A stretch of DNA of 64,000 bases, taken from positions 54,794-118,793 of the forward strand of contig VRUJ01000002.1 in assembly GCA_019456165.1 (NCBI GenBank), given 5' to 3'. The translations under genes and the position numbers were made by a program. Below are positions 1-10,983 of this stretch, in pieces. Position 1 is the first letter of the stretch, and the number at the start of each line of letters is the position of its first letter. The DNA comes from Chloroflexota bacterium (lineage in GTDB: Bacteria; Chloroflexota; Anaerolineae; Anaerolineales; UBA11579). A model generated the notes under the pieces. The model did not search any database, was not told where the DNA came from, and saw only the letters and a program-made list of their open reading frames with translations.

Positions 1-15
1 AATTGGAGGAACATT

Positions 16-1140
16 GTGAAACCGATGAAACGTATGGAAACATTTGCTCGCATCAAGGTTGTTGGTGTTGGCGGCGGGGGATGCAACGCAGTAAATAGAA
101 TGATCGATGAAGGTATGCATGGCATTGAGTTTGTGGCTGTGAATACGGATGCCCAGGCTTTGATGCTGGCGAATGCCAGCACTCGTGTGCGCATAGGCGA
201 TAAGCTCACACGCGGCTTAGGATCTGGGGGTGATCCGGAAAATGGACGGAAATCCGCGGAAGAATCTGCCGAGGACTTATATAATGTCCTAAGGGGCGCA
301 GACATGGTCTTCATCACTGCTGGAATTGGGGGGGGCACCGGAACTGGGGCTTCACCGATTGTGGCTCAGATCGCACGCGAAGTTGGCGCTTTATCAATTG
401 GAGTGGTCACGCGTCCCTTCACATTTGAGGGCGCTCGCCGCAAAACAGCTGCCGAAGCTGGGATCGCTAAACTCAAAGAGCAGGTGGACACTTTGATAGT
501 GATTCCCAATGACCGTTTATTGCAAATAGTTGATAAACGCGCTACGCTGAATGAAGCATTTTCGATGGCAGATGACGTCCTGCGACAAGGTATCCAAGGT
601 ATTTCCGAATTGATCACCATCCCTGGTCTGATCAACTTGGATTTCGCGGATGTACGCACGATTATGGCCGAAGGTGGAGCTGCGCTGATGGCGGTAGGTA
701 ACGCTGCAGGTGAAGACCGGGCTCGAGATGCGGCTGAACAAGCTATCACTAGCGAACTCTTGGACATCACAATTGATGGCGCTCGGGGTATTTTGTTCAA
801 TGTCACTGGTGGTAATGATCTTTCATTATTCGAAGTCAATCAGGCTGCTGCGATCATCAAGGAAACTGCTCACCCGGATGTCAACCTTATTTTTGGCGCG
901 GTGATCGATCCAAATATGGGCGATGAGATTCGCATTACAGTTATCGCTACCGGTTTTGATAGCTCCGCTACCCCGAAGCGCATGCTGCGCAGCCGTATGA
1001 AGGCTAATAAAGCACAGAAAGGCGTGCGATCTTCAGAAGAGTCGGTATTGGTTGGAGCGGAAACGGTATCTAACGCGTTCAGTGGAAACGTTGAAGATCT
1101 GGATATTCCGACGTTTCTCCGAAAACGCGTCAATAAATAA
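16..1140 (+). CDS. ftsZ: Cell division protein FtsZ
   Basis: [10 protein letters not shown] start, GGGTGTG tubulin signature, NLDFAD, C-terminal LDIPTFLRK; GGAGGA RBS before GTG. Confidence 0.99.
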   Translation: MKPMKRMETFARIKVVGVGGGGCNAVNRMIDEGMHGIEFVAVNTDAQALMLANASTRVRIGDKLTRGLGSGGDPENGRKSAEESAEDLYNVLRGADMVFITAGIGGGTGTGASPIVAQIAREVGALSIGVVTRPFTFEGARRKTAAEAGIAKLKEQVDTLIVIPNDRLLQIVDKRATLNEAFSMADDVLRQGIQGISELITIPGLINLDFADVRTIMAEGGAALMAVGNAAGEDRARDAAEQAITSELLDITIDGARGILFNVTGGNDLSLFEVNQAAAIIKETAHPDVNLIFGAVIDPNMGDEIRITVIATGFDSSATPKRMLRSRMKANKAQKGVRSSEESVLVGAETVSNAFSGNVEDLDIPTFLRKRVNK

Positions 1141-1188
1141 TTTTTTCTCGTGGGAAAAAGCATGCGTAATTAATGTGAAACTTTCCTG

Positions 1189-1274
1189 CAGCCACAACAG
1201 ACTGGCTCCTCCTCCAGTAGTTCGTGGCTGGCATACAGCTCCCTCCTTGAACACTTTTGTTTGGGAGGGAGCTG
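1189..1274 (+). ncRNA. Candidate two-hairpin structured RNA with CUCCUCCU (anti-SD-like) loop
   Basis: CAGCCAC(1189-95)/GTGGCTG(1224-30) and ACTGG/CCAGT close the loop CTCCTCCT; second stem CAGCTCCCTCC(1236-46)/GGAGGGAGCTG(1264-74); intergenic. Confidence 0.45.
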
Positions 1275-1422
1275 CAGATTTAAAATATAGGATGGAAAAT
1301 TCTTTGTAAAATCGTTTTCCCAAAATATTAAGGTTAAAGTTTTCAAAATCGCTTGCTTTCATTTGGATAATAAGCTACAATTTGTAACTTCTTCATTATA
1401 TACAGGGGAAGTAATTGGATCA

Positions 1423-1438
1423 CCCCCATATTTGGGGG
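1423..1438. promoter_or_regulatory. Putative NrdR box
   Basis: Near-palindrome CCCCCATATTTGGGGG keeps the C-x-A-x-AT-x-T-x-G core of NrdR boxes, just upstream of nrdR-nrdJ; a weaker second site lies about 30 bp upstream. Confidence 0.55.
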
Positions 1439-1471
1439 ATTCATGCGATAAAAGTAATTATTGAGGCTCCC

Positions 1472-1930
1472 ATGATTTGTCCACTTTGTCAGGACAACGA
1501 AATAGAAGGAACAAAGGTAATTGACACAACTCATGATTCCCGTGGGGGGATTCGTCGTCGCCGGAAGTGTAAAAAGTGTAAAAAACGCTTTAGTACCTAC
1601 GAGCGGCCCATACTGGCTACACCTTTGATCATTAAGGAAGATGGCACCCGAGAAAGCTTTGACAGGGAGAAACTGATGCGGGGAATTCGTTTGGCTTGTG
1701 TCAAGCGACCTGTTGCTGCTGCAGATATGGATCGCATGGTGGGCGAAATTGAATCCACTTTGCAGCGCATGGGCAAAGCAGAAGTTTCCTCACGGGTAGT
1801 TGGTGATATGGTGATCGCTGGGCTAAAAGGATTGGACCAGATTGCTTATATACGTTTTGCACTAGTTTACCTGGGTTTAGACGATCTGCATGCCGTCCGT
1901 AACGAATTAGACCGTCTGATAGAAAGTTAG
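1472..1930 (+). CDS. nrdR: Transcriptional repressor NrdR
   Basis: CPLC...RRRRKCKKC zinc ribbon, RFSTYE, ATP cone, AYIRFA; start moved to ATG 1472. Confidence 0.97.
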   Translation: MICPLCQDNEIEGTKVIDTTHDSRGGIRRRRKCKKCKKRFSTYERPILATPLIIKEDGTRESFDREKLMRGIRLACVKRPVAAADMDRMVGEIESTLQRMGKAEVSSRVVGDMVIAGLKGLDQIAYIRFALVYLGLDDLHAVRNELDRLIES

Positions 1931-2104
1931 TTTTTTCCTTGTCTGACGATGTGGATTATTTTATGCATCGTTTTTGATTAAACCTTTACAAGTATGACGC
2001 ATTTGATACCCTGGGTATGAGCTCTGCATTGCTAAGGATTCTCACTTTCGATAATTGGCCTGGGTATCCTAAGAATTAATCGTTTTCCGAGGAGAGTTCT
2101 CCAT

Positions 2105-4633
2105 ATGTTAGATGAAACTGTTCAGGATGAACCAAAACCTGGATTAAAATCAACTCCACCTTTCCCAAAAGATCTTGAAGCTGTTGAATTGACCGAGAAC
2201 GCGCAGCGGGTATTTATGCGTCGTTACGTTAGACGCGGATTGGATGGCCAACCCGTTGAGAATATTGAGGAAACTTTTTGGCGTGTAGCCTACCACGTAG
2301 CACAAGCCGAGAAAACCTGGGAGCGAGATAGTAAAGCAGTTGCCCGCCAATTTTATGACCTATTGGCTAGTAAATGCTTTTTCCCAAATTCTCCCACATG
2401 GACAGGAGCAGGCACGCCTTTAGGGCAGCTAGCCGCTTGTTTTGTGTTGCCTATCCGCGACGATATGGGCAGAGAATCATCCGGAATCTTCCAAACCTTA
2501 CGCGATGCTGCCTTGATCCAACAAACGGGAGGTGGAAATGGGTTCTCATTTTCGCGTTTACGCCCTAAGGGTACGCGTGTACAAAAATCGGCGGGGGAGG
2601 CTACCGGGCCAGTCGGTTTTTTATCAGTCTATGACCAGGCTTTTGGTGAGATTGCCCAAGGCGGCACACGTAGGGGAGCAAATATGGCTGTACTTAGCGT
2701 CGACCATCCTGATATAGCGCGGTTTATCTCCTGCAAGACGAATGAGAATGCAATTACGAATTTCAATATTTCTGTGGGCGTGACAGATGATTTTATGCTT
2801 GCTGTGGAAGAAGATGACGATTGGCTGCTTAGGTTTGTGGATGTAAATTCTCCAGAGTATAAAGGGTTTGACGGCACCCTGAACGAAGCTGAAGAGGCCG
2901 GTATTCCTATAAAGGTTCATAAGATAGTGCGGGCGCGTGATTTGTTCGCCAAGATCGTCCAGCAGGCTCATCACAATGGTGAACCAGGCTTGTTGTATTT
3001 AGATAGCGCCAATCGCCAAAACCCGGTCCCACATCTTTATTCTTTGGAAGCTACCAATCCGTGTGGTGAGCAGTGGCTCGGCCCCTATGAGAATTGCTGC
3101 TTAGGTTCGATCAATTTAGCGCAGCACTTTGGCCTGGACGGTACTGTGGATTGGGAGAAATTGCAGGTAACTGTAGAGCTTGCAACCCGTTTCTTGGATG
3201 ATGTGGTCGAGGTTAATGCTTATGTCTCGGCAGTCCCCCAGTTGAAAGAAGCCGCTTTTCAGGCTCGCCGGATTGGCTTGGGTGTGATGGGCCTCGCTGA
3301 TCTGATGTATTTTGTCGGTATTAGGTACGGTTCCGAAAAGGGCCAAGAATTCGTCGCACAGGTGATGGAGTTTGTCCGCTATCACGCCATGCTCACCAGC
3401 ATCAAGCTGGCCAAAGAACGCGGTCCTTTCCCTGCAATCAAGGGCAGCATTTACGACCCGAAAAATATCTCGTGGCAGCCGCCTGAACCACTTTTACCCT
3501 TCCAAAGAGATTTTGGCCGCCCGAAGATAGACTGGGAGAAGGTTATCAAAGGAATCCGGAAGCACGGAATTCACAACGCTGCACAAACCACTATTGCTCC
3601 CACAGGTACAATTGCAACAGTTTCAGGAAGCGAAGGTTACGGTTGTGAACCAGTATTCGCTCTAGCCTACGTCAGGCATGTGAATGATAACGGCAAAGAT
3701 TTACAGCTAGCGTATGCCAGCCCGCTTTTCGAGCAGGCTCTCGTGGAAGCTGGCCTGGAAGAACCCCTGCGTGTAGAGATTATTGAACGGGTGGTTGCCA
3801 GTGGAAGCTGTCAAGACATTCCCGAAATTCCGGTTTCTATTCGGGATGTGTTCGTGGTCTCTGCAGACATCCGCGCTGAAGATCACATCAAAATGCAGGC
3901 AGCCATGCAATCTTTCGTGGATAATAGCCTTTCGAAGACCATCAATTTCCCAGCTTCAGCCACAGAAGAGGAAGTAGCTGCTGCTTACCTGTTGGCTTGG
4001 AAACTAGGTTGCAAAGGCATCACTGTTTACATAACCGGTTCGCGTGAAACAGTGGTTTTAGAGACGCATGCAACCGCTGCGGCCAAAATTGACCGCAAAG
4101 ATCGTGTGTTGTGGAATGAAACCAAGAAACCTCGTCCTCAGGTCCTTCGCGGCCACACTTTCAATATCGAAACACCCTTGGGAAAAACTTTTGTCACAAT
4201 TAATGAGAATGGGGAGAACCATCCTTTTGAGGTATTTGTCAATACTGCAAAAGCGGGGTCGGAAACAGCCGCGGTTTCAGAAGCAATCGGCCGCTTGAGT
4301 TCATATATTCTCAGATTAGCCTCACCTATCCCACCGCGCGACCGGCTCAAAGAGATCTACCACCAATTAGCTGGAATTGGCGGCGGTCGGCCTCTGGGCT
4401 TTGGACCTAACCGGGTGCGTTCACTGCCCGACGGTGTTGCCCAAGCTGTGGATGCTTACCTGCAAAAAACTGCTGGTGAAGAGACTAAACAGCCAAGCAC
4501 CAATGGGGACGCTAATCTCTTGAACCGGGCTGCCCTGATCAAGGGAGATTTGTGCCCAGATTGCGGCCAGGCGGCTGTGGTCAACGAGGAAGGCTGCCGG
4601 AAGTGCTATAGCTGCGGCTTTAGTGAGTGTTAG
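2105..4633 (+). CDS. nrdJ: Class II (adenosylcobalamin-dependent) ribonucleotide reductase with C-terminal TSCPD domain and zinc ribbon
   Basis: PNSPT, ACFVLP, GGGNG, NPCGEQ, TIAPTGT, SKTIN motifs; C-terminal CPDC...[15 protein letters not shown]; no R2 gene adjacent. Confidence 0.95.
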   Translation: MLDETVQDEPKPGLKSTPPFPKDLEAVELTENAQRVFMRRYVRRGLDGQPVENIEETFWRVAYHVAQAEKTWERDSKAVARQFYDLLASKCFFPNSPTWTGAGTPLGQLAACFVLPIRDDMGRESSGIFQTLRDAALIQQTGGGNGFSFSRLRPKGTRVQKSAGEATGPVGFLSVYDQAFGEIAQGGTRRGANMAVLSVDHPDIARFISCKTNENAITNFNISVGVTDDFMLAVEEDDDWLLRFVDVNSPEYKGFDGTLNEAEEAGIPIKVHKIVRARDLFAKIVQQAHHNGEPGLLYLDSANRQNPVPHLYSLEATNPCGEQWLGPYENCCLGSINLAQHFGLDGTVDWEKLQVTVELATRFLDDVVEVNAYVSAVPQLKEAAFQARRIGLGVMGLADLMYFVGIRYGSEKGQEFVAQVMEFVRYHAMLTSIKLAKERGPFPAIKGSIYDPKNISWQPPEPLLPFQRDFGRPKIDWEKVIKGIRKHGIHNAAQTTIAPTGTIATVSGSEGYGCEPVFALAYVRHVNDNGKDLQLAYASPLFEQALVEAGLEEPLRVEIIERVVASGSCQDIPEIPVSIRDVFVVSADIRAEDHIKMQAAMQSFVDNSLSKTINFPASATEEEVAAAYLLAWKLGCKGITVYITGSRETVVLETHATAAAKIDRKDRVLWNETKKPRPQVLRGHTFNIETPLGKTFVTINENGENHPFEVFVNTAKAGSETAAVSEAIGRLSSYILRLASPIPPRDRLKEIYHQLAGIGGGRPLGFGPNRVRSLPDGVAQAVDAYLQKTAGEETKQPSTNGDANLLNRAALIKGDLCPDCGQAAVVNEEGCRKCYSCGFSEC

Positions 4634-4636
4634 CTT

Positions 4637-5281
4637 ATGACCAAAAGATTAATTCTCGTCGCCGGAAATATTGGCGCAGGAAAGACCTCAATTACCGAGC
4701 GGCTGGGAGAACGTCTGGGATGGAAAACTGGATTCGAGTCGGTCGCGGATAACCCTTATTTGGCGGATTTCTACGCTGATATGACCGCCTGGTCTTTTCA
4801 CTTGCAGATCTTTTTCCTGGGCCACCGCGCCGAGCAGCATAATGTGGCTTCCGCCAGGAACGGTTCTGCAATTCTAGACCGCAGCATTTACGAAGATTTC
4901 TATATTTTCACCCGCGCCCTGAGAACTACCAACGCGATCAACGAAAGAGATTACGATGCTTATCGGCAGGTATTCGAATTGATTACCTCAAAGCTGCCCG
5001 CTCCAGATCTATTGATCTACCTTAAGGCACCGGTGGAGGTTATATTGGAACGCATTCAAGCGCGCGGTCGTGAGATGGAGAAAGGGATTACCGCTGATTA
5101 CCTTGGCCTTTTGGATTCGTTTTATGAGGAGTGGTTGCAGACTTTCGATCTTTGCCCGGTACTTACTATCCCCTCCGATTCCCTGGACTTTGTGAATAAA
5201 TCCCAACACCTTGATATCGTTATCGAACGCATTAACCACACCCTGGCGGGGAAGGATGAGGTTGTTTTTCCTGATGTATGA
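4637..5281 (+). CDS. Deoxynucleoside kinase (dCK/dGK family)
   Basis: GNIGAGKT P-loop, DRSIYED, PDLLIYL, RGREME. Confidence 0.93.
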   Translation: MTKRLILVAGNIGAGKTSITERLGERLGWKTGFESVADNPYLADFYADMTAWSFHLQIFFLGHRAEQHNVASARNGSAILDRSIYEDFYIFTRALRTTNAINERDYDAYRQVFELITSKLPAPDLLIYLKAPVEVILERIQARGREMEKGITADYLGLLDSFYEEWLQTFDLCPVLTIPSDSLDFVNKSQHLDIVIERINHTLAGKDEVVFPDV

Positions 5282-5600
5282 GGCTTAGCCCTCAACCTCA
5301 AACCCCTATTTATTGAATAGATCCAGGCAGGAAGCTACAATTTTTTGACGTACTTTTCCTCCGCATTCTTTGAAATCTCTTTTACACCTTAACCCTTTGG
5401 ATACCCAGATCCATTTAGAAAAGCATTGGATAATTTCCATCGCAACTGTTTTATTTCAAACTAAAGGACCAACATCAATTGTTTACGGAAACTGGTAAAA
5501 TGCTTGTAATTCGAACCAAAAGCCTCTAAAATACTCATATATATAATTCACTAATTTGTAGTATTTTTATCTAATTTCTCAATATTGAGAGGAGAGAAAA

Positions 5601-6965
5601 ATGAAGACCAAGTCTAATGGAAAGATCGCGATAATCATTTTAGTATTAATGGCCGTAATATTGGCATGTGGCCCATCCGCTAGTACCACAACTCCACCGC
5701 CACCGCCGCCGCAAGAAGCAGCGCCAAGTGACACACCCGGAGCGGCCCCTCCATCAGTTGAGGGCAGCACACCTCAAGCAACTGCGGTTCTAGAATCCAC
5801 ATTGACACCCACGGCGACGGTCGCGCACCTCACCCAGCCCAGTGATCCTGGAACGGTGAATAGTTTTGTTGTCGACCGTTCATCAGAGAATTTGGCGTCT
5901 GAACGAAGAGCTATTGCCGATAGTTTTAATTTTGATTTGTTTGAGCGACCATTTACAAGTGAGGTTATGGATTATCTCGCCTACTTAGATATTACTCGCG
6001 GAGAGCTTAGTGTGGCAGCGCCCTGGGTCTACATTACCATCTATTTAGAGGGAGCGCCCCCGAATGGTTCTAGCGCAAGCTATGGGATTGAAATAGACCT
6101 GGATGTTGATGGGCGTGGTGACTGGTTAATCATTGGAGTTGTTCCAGATTCGACGAATTGGACTACAAATGATATGCGTGCCTATCAAGATAGCGCTGGC
6201 GACGTTGGCGGTCTAACTCCGGTATTGTCAGATGCACCTGATCCTGCGCTAAACGGATATGATGATTTGGTCTTCGATCAGGGTTACGGACCAGACCCAG
6301 ATGCGGCCTGGATCCGCCGCGACCCCACTGACCCCAACCATGTACAGTTGGCTTTCAAACATTCTTTGATCGCTTCTGACGCCTATTTCCTATGGGGAGT
6401 GTGGTCTGATGAAGGTGTGAAGCAGCCAGGGTGGTTTGATTATAATGATCATTTCACGCTTGTAGAAGCAGGCTCGCCGGCAATTGAAAGCAGCGAGTAC
6501 CCTATCAAAGCTCTGGCCGCGTTGGATAATACTTGCCGTTGGGGTTATGGTTTTGTGCCCACAGGCTCTGAACCGGGCGCTTGTTACGTCCCGCCTACTC
6601 CAACCCCTACTTTAACTCCAACCCTTACTCCAACACCTGAACCTGCTGCGATAGGCGGCTCAGTCTTTTGGGATGCAAACATTAATGGGGTCCGTGGAAT
6701 AGCAGAACTTGGGATATCTGGCCAGACAATAACTCTTGGAGTTGGTGCTTGTAATTCTTCAGGATTCGCATCTGATATTACAGACAGTGGAGGCTATTAC
6801 AACTTTGATAATTTGCCTGCTGGAACGTATTGTGTAACTTCAAACGTAGTTACAAACAGCTGCGGTGGTTGGTGGCCAACCACGGCAACCCAAACTACCA
6901 TAACTCTTCCTCCAGGCGGAATTGATTATTTTCACTTTGGATATGAATCCAGGGGACCTTGTTAG
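5601..6965 (+). CDS. Lipoprotein with Pro/Thr linkers and C-terminal SdrD-B-like domain
   Basis: Lipobox ILAC, PTPTLTPT linker, C-terminal IGGSVFWDANING...TDSGGYYNFDNLPAGTY. Confidence 0.7.
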   Translation: MKTKSNGKIAIIILVLMAVILACGPSASTTTPPPPPPQEAAPSDTPGAAPPSVEGSTPQATAVLESTLTPTATVAHLTQPSDPGTVNSFVVDRSSENLASERRAIADSFNFDLFERPFTSEVMDYLAYLDITRGELSVAAPWVYITIYLEGAPPNGSSASYGIEIDLDVDGRGDWLIIGVVPDSTNWTTNDMRAYQDSAGDVGGLTPVLSDAPDPALNGYDDLVFDQGYGPDPDAAWIRRDPTDPNHVQLAFKHSLIASDAYFLWGVWSDEGVKQPGWFDYNDHFTLVEAGSPAIESSEYPIKALAALDNTCRWGYGFVPTGSEPGACYVPPTPTPTLTPTLTPTPEPAAIGGSVFWDANINGVRGIAELGISGQTITLGVGACNSSGFASDITDSGGYYNFDNLPAGTYCVTSNVVTNSCGGWWPTTATQTTITLPPGGIDYFHFGYESRGPC

Positions 6966-7009
6966 CCAAGATAATTTTTGAGCTAACTTTCACCGTATAG
7001 GTGGTTACC

Positions 7010-7050
7010 ACACCTCCCACATGTTTCTAATTTGTGGGAGGTGTTTTTCT
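7010..7050 (+). terminator. Intrinsic terminator
   Basis: ACACCTCCCACA/TGTGGGAGGTGT 12-bp stem followed by a T tract. Confidence 0.85.
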
Positions 7051-7150
7051 TATATTTTTTACTTACATTTTACAACCTCTTTGTATTCTGTTATTGACTA
7101 GAGTTTATGCTTATGGTGAACTTGAAAACTAGATACCGGAGGTATACACC

Positions 7151-8377
7151 ATGTTCAAAAAAATTATTTTTGCAATGCTGATAGCAGTTCTACTCGCGCT
7201 GCCCTTCGGCGCGAGCGTTTACGCAGATGGCCCGGATGGCGAAGGTTCCCAAGGGCCTCGTGATTTGGAGCGATTCGGGGGAAAAGTTACTGATATAAAT
7301 TCCACGGCTAGAAGTTTCACAATCCAGAAGAGGGGTGGAGATTCAGTCACATTTGATATAGATGAGGATACACGTTACAGGAGCCGCTCAGGTGAATTTA
7401 CTGGATTCGATGATCTTGAACTTGACATGGTTGTAATAGTCTTTGCCAAGGAAGAAGAAAGTGGCTTATTGGCAAAAGTTGTGGTCGCCCTGGACCAGGC
7501 TATTTTGGATGCCGAACGTGCGGCAGGTAGAGTGGTTTCCATTGGCACTAATAGCTTTACCATGCAAACTCGCGCAGGTGAAACGCTCACTTTACAGGTA
7601 GATGACCAGACCCGTTTTATCAGCCGCGGCCGCACTGTCAATGGTTTGGAAGATTTGGAAGAAGGAATGCGGGTGGGAGTCTTATACACCATACAAGAAG
7701 ATGGCAGCTTATTAGCGAAGGCCGTCCTGGCTGGTCGCCAAAATGCTGGTGAGAGGCCGGAAGGGCAGAGACCCGATGGGGAAGGTTCCCAAGGGCCTCG
7801 TGATTTGGAGCGATTCGGGGGAAAAGTTACTGATATAAATTCCACGGCTAGAAGTTTCACAATCCAGAAGAGGGGTGGAGATTCAGTCACATTTGATATA
7901 GATGAGGATACACGTTACAGGAGCCGCTCAGGTGAATTTACTGGATTCGATGATCTTGAACTTGACATGGTTGTAATAGTCTTTGCCAAGGAAGAAGAAA
8001 GTGGCTTATTGGCAAAAGTTGTGGTCGCCCTGGACCAGGCTATTTTGGATGCCGAACGTGCGGCAGGTAGAGTGGTTTCCATTGGCACTAATAGCTTTAC
8101 CATGCAAACTCGCGCAGGTGAAACGCTCACTTTACAGGTAGATGACCAGACCCGTTTTATCAGCCGCGGCCGCACTGTCAATGGTTTGGAAGATTTGGAA
8201 GAAGGAATGCGGGTGGGAGTCTTATACACCATACAAGAAGATGGCAGCTTATTAGCGAAGGCCGTCCTGGCTGGTCGCCAAAATGCTGGTGAGAGGCCGG
8301 AAGGGCAGAGACCCGATGGGGAAGGCCCTGACCAGCGGGAACCTGGCGGAAGACCAGCAGAGGAACCTGCATCTTAA
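7151..8377 (+). CDS. Secreted DUF5666-like (OB-fold repeat) protein with internal duplication
   Basis: Signal peptide ending SVYA; repeated G-x-V...TRF...DLE-x-GM-x-V...LLA units. Confidence 0.7.
   Translation: MFKKIIFAMLIAVLLALPFGASVYADGPDGEGSQGPRDLERFGGKVTDINSTARSFTIQKRGGDSVTFDIDEDTRYRSRSGEFTGFDDLELDMVVIVFAKEEESGLLAKVVVALDQAILDAERAAGRVVSIGTNSFTMQTRAGETLTLQVDDQTRFISRGRTVNGLEDLEEGMRVGVLYTIQEDGSLLAKAVLAGRQNAGERPEGQRPDGEGSQGPRDLERFGGKVTDINSTARSFTIQKRGGDSVTFDIDEDTRYRSRSGEFTGFDDLELDMVVIVFAKEEESGLLAKVVVALDQAILDAERAAGRVVSIGTNSFTMQTRAGETLTLQVDDQTRFISRGRTVNGLEDLEEGMRVGVLYTIQEDGSLLAKAVLAGRQNAGERPEGQRPDGEGPDQREPGGRPAEEPAS
7241..8320 (+). repeat. Exact in-frame 540-bp tandem duplication (7241-7780 / 7781-8320)
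   Basis: Sequence lines are identical at a 540-nt offset; identity runs on to 8325. Confidence 0.97.
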
Positions 8378-8409
8378 CCACCTAATAAAAGTAGTTAATA
8401 ATACCGAAA

Positions 8410-8436
8410 ACACCTCGCGAAGTACTCGCGAGGTGT
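8410..8436. terminator. Hairpin between convergent genes, probably a bidirectional terminator
   Basis: ACACCTCGCGA/TCGCGAGGTGT 11-bp stem with A/T-rich flanks. Confidence 0.75.
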
Positions 8437-8463
8437 CTATTTAATTTACTAAGTTAATATTAT

Positions 8464-9114
8464 TCATCCACGCGAATAAACGATCACTTGCCAAAATCCT
8501 AAGAAACCGCTGCGTGTGTAGTAATTCCGCCCAAAATCATTGGCCTTTAGAATATCTTCCACCAAAGCAGTGGGATGTGCAAAACTGCGAAACGGGTTAC
8601 CCGTAAGCGCTAGAAAAAAATTAGCGATTTTAACGGCTGCTTTTATCCACCTTGTGTCATATGGAAATATCAAACCGTAATATTGCTTCGCCTTGGCAGC
8701 GGAGGCTGACACTAATGTGCGCATATCATCATAGCAGCAGATCACTTTATCAAGCGTCACGATATCAGCATCTTCTACCTCAGGGGAGAGGTCGACAAAA
8801 TCACCGTGCAGGAAATTGGCTCGTTCACCGTGTCCTTGTCTTTGAGCTTCTTTTCTAGCAGCCGCCGCATATGCGCTGGAAGCATCCACGCTAGTTGACT
8901 TGGTGATACCGTTTTTGAGCATCTCATGTTGGATGTCTCCTATTCCGCCACCAATGTCGAGTAAGGTCATATCTTGAACTCCAAGAGATATAAGTGTTTC
9001 GATCAATAAGCTTGTGGATTTAGCAGGGCCATCTCTGTGGTAGCGGAGAAGCTTTTTCGCAGCAGTTTTTTCCCCAAATTCTCGTTCAATCCCTTGGCAT
9101 TGAGGGCATGTCAT
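8464..9114 (-). CDS. Class I SAM-dependent methyltransferase
   Basis: LLDIGGGIG motif I, GDF, DIVTLDKVICCY; N-terminal CPQC. Confidence 0.85.
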   Translation of the reverse strand: MTCPQCQGIEREFGEKTAAKKLLRYHRDGPAKSTSLLIETLISLGVQDMTLLDIGGGIGDIQHEMLKNGITKSTSVDASSAYAAAARKEAQRQGHGERANFLHGDFVDLSPEVEDADIVTLDKVICCYDDMRTLVSASAAKAKQYYGLIFPYDTRWIKAAVKIANFFLALTGNPFRSFAHPTALVEDILKANDFGRNYYTRSGFLGFWQVIVYSRG

Positions 9115-9199
9115 AAGCTAAAAACTACCACCGGAAATATTTTGGGCTATTTACAAAAAAACATTTCTTATTCAATAGCTAATCAACAATCCTAATTCC

Positions 9200-9991
9200 T
9201 TAAAGCGTCCCCTTATACATACCGCCATCTACGGGCAGCATCACCCCGGTTATATACGAAGCAGCTGGGGAAACTAAGAAAACAGCCGCGTTGGCGAATT
9301 CCTCAGGTTTGCCCATACGGCCCATTGGGCTACCATCGGATTGAGCCTGGATTTCGTCTTCCACATTTGTGCCCTTCTGTTCGGCGCGCTGGCTCATCAA
9401 TTCATAGACACGTTCGGTTTCTGTCCACGAAGGCAGAATGGAGTTGAAGCGGATACCCTCTGATCCGATTTCCAATGCTAAGGTTTTGGTCAAACCTATT
9501 GTAGCAGCACGTATACTATTAGAAAGTACCAGGTTGGGGATTGGCTGCTTGACGGAAACAGAAGTGATCGTCAGCACGCTGGCAGATGAGGATTTGCGTA
9601 AATGGGGCAGCGCTGCACGGATCAGACGTACATGGCTGAGAAATGAAAGATCAATCGCTTTTTGCCAGGTAGGCTCATCGAAAGATTCGAAAGGACCCGA
9701 AGGTGGTCCGCCCGCATTGGTTACCAAGATGTCTAATCCGCCCAGGGCCTGCACAGCTCCTGCAACCAGTTTTGCAGGTGTATCTTGCTCGGTTAGGTCA
9801 CCAGGCAGCGTGTGAAGCTCACATTCGATTTCTTCTTTCAGAGTCTTTGCGGCAACCTCTAGTTTATCTTTACTCCTGCTGTTGATCGCGACACGAGCGC
9901 CTTCCGAAGCTAATTGTCGCGCGGTTGCGTAACCTAAACCCCGGCTTGCTCCGGTAACCAGAGCGCGTTTACCATCAAGCTGTAGATCCAT
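9200..9991 (-). CDS. SDR family oxidoreductase
   Basis: TGASRGLG, NAGG, SNSIR in place of YxxxK, YITG...VDGG. Confidence 0.93.
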   Translation of the reverse strand: MDLQLDGKRALVTGASRGLGYATARQLASEGARVAINSRSKDKLEVAAKTLKEEIECELHTLPGDLTEQDTPAKLVAGAVQALGGLDILVTNAGGPPSGPFESFDEPTWQKAIDLSFLSHVRLIRAALPHLRKSSSASVLTITSVSVKQPIPNLVLSNSIRAATIGLTKTLALEIGSEGIRFNSILPSWTETERVYELMSQRAEQKGTNVEDEIQAQSDGSPMGRMGKPEEFANAAVFLVSPAASYITGVMLPVDGGMYKGTL

Positions 9992-10245
9992 TTAAACTCC
10001 TTCTTGTAGTATGTACCTGTTTAAAGTAGATTGCGGAAAAAATATTAAATAGCGTTGAATGCTTCGCCAACTATAAGGGTATTCATTCTCTACGAACAGA
10101 ACCACAATCAATTATAGTAACCGTTTCAACCAAATTTTATTAAGTTACTTTCAAACGGTTACCTAGTCTAGCATAAATCAAGGGAATTGCAATCTGGGCT
10201 GGCATGTCTACCGCAAAAAGGTTATCATAATCTCTTGAGAATATT

Positions 10246-10983
10246 ATGACCCAACAAACCCAACTCTTCGTAACCTGCCTGGTAGATAGCCTATTCCCTG
10301 AAGTTGGGGTTGCGGTCGTGGAAGTGTTGACCAGGGCTGGGGAAAGTGTCAGGTTTCCTCGGGCACAAACATGCTGCGGCCAGCCTGCCTTCAATTCTGG
10401 TTACCAGCAAGAAGCCAGACGGATGGCGCAGCATACATTGGAAGTATTCGGTGCTACTGATGGCCCGATTGTGTTACCTTCCGGTTCGTGCGCCGCAATG
10501 CTCGTGCATGGCTATATTGAGCTGTTCAAAGAGGATCCTTTTTGGTTGCCGCGCGCCAAAGCGCTAGCCGCACGCACTTATGAATTTAGCCAATATCTTG
10601 TTGATGAATTAAATTATGTCGAGACCAGCGCATTTTTCCATGGGAGTCTAGCTTTCCATCCTTCTTGTCACCTACTGCGCGATCTGGGTGTGGAAAAACA
10701 GCCTATCAGTTTGCTTGAACAGGTGAGGGGAGTCCAGATAAAGCCTCTGGAAGCGGAGTGTTGCGGTTTTGGTGGGGCTTTTTCGATAGATCATGAGGTC
10801 GTTTCATCCGAAATGCTCTCTCGTAGGTTGAGCCAGGTGGGTGAATCCGAGTCCCAGGTAGTGGTATCTTGTGACGTGAGTTGTTTATTGCATATTGAGG
10901 GCGGCTTGCGTAAGCGCGGCTCAAAGGTGCGGTGTGCACATCTGGCCCAGATCTTAGCTGGTAAATCGGCAGGCTTAAAGTGA
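10246..10983 (+). CDS. lutA: Lactate utilization protein A (CCG-domain Fe-S subunit)
   Basis: FVTCLVD, QTCCGQP, PSGSC, HPSCH, CCGFGG. Confidence 0.88.
   Translation: MTQQTQLFVTCLVDSLFPEVGVAVVEVLTRAGESVRFPRAQTCCGQPAFNSGYQQEARRMAQHTLEVFGATDGPIVLPSGSCAAMLVHGYIELFKEDPFWLPRAKALAARTYEFSQYLVDELNYVETSAFFHGSLAFHPSCHLLRDLGVEKQPISLLEQVRGVQIKPLEAECCGFGGAFSIDHEVVSSEMLSRRLSQVGESESQVVVSCDVSCLLHIEGGLRKRGSKVRCAHLAQILAGKSAGLK

Noticed and set aside
1033-1362. Short ORFs overlapping the ftsZ end and intergenic hairpins
   Set aside because: No RBS or motifs; the region is better explained as structured non-coding sequence
1931-2104. Cobalamin riboswitch upstream of nrdJ
   Set aside because: No GGGAA / GCCACTG B12-box elements seen
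2105-4633. Intein or intron in nrdJ
   Set aside because: Core motifs are contiguous, with no intein termini or homing endonuclease motifs
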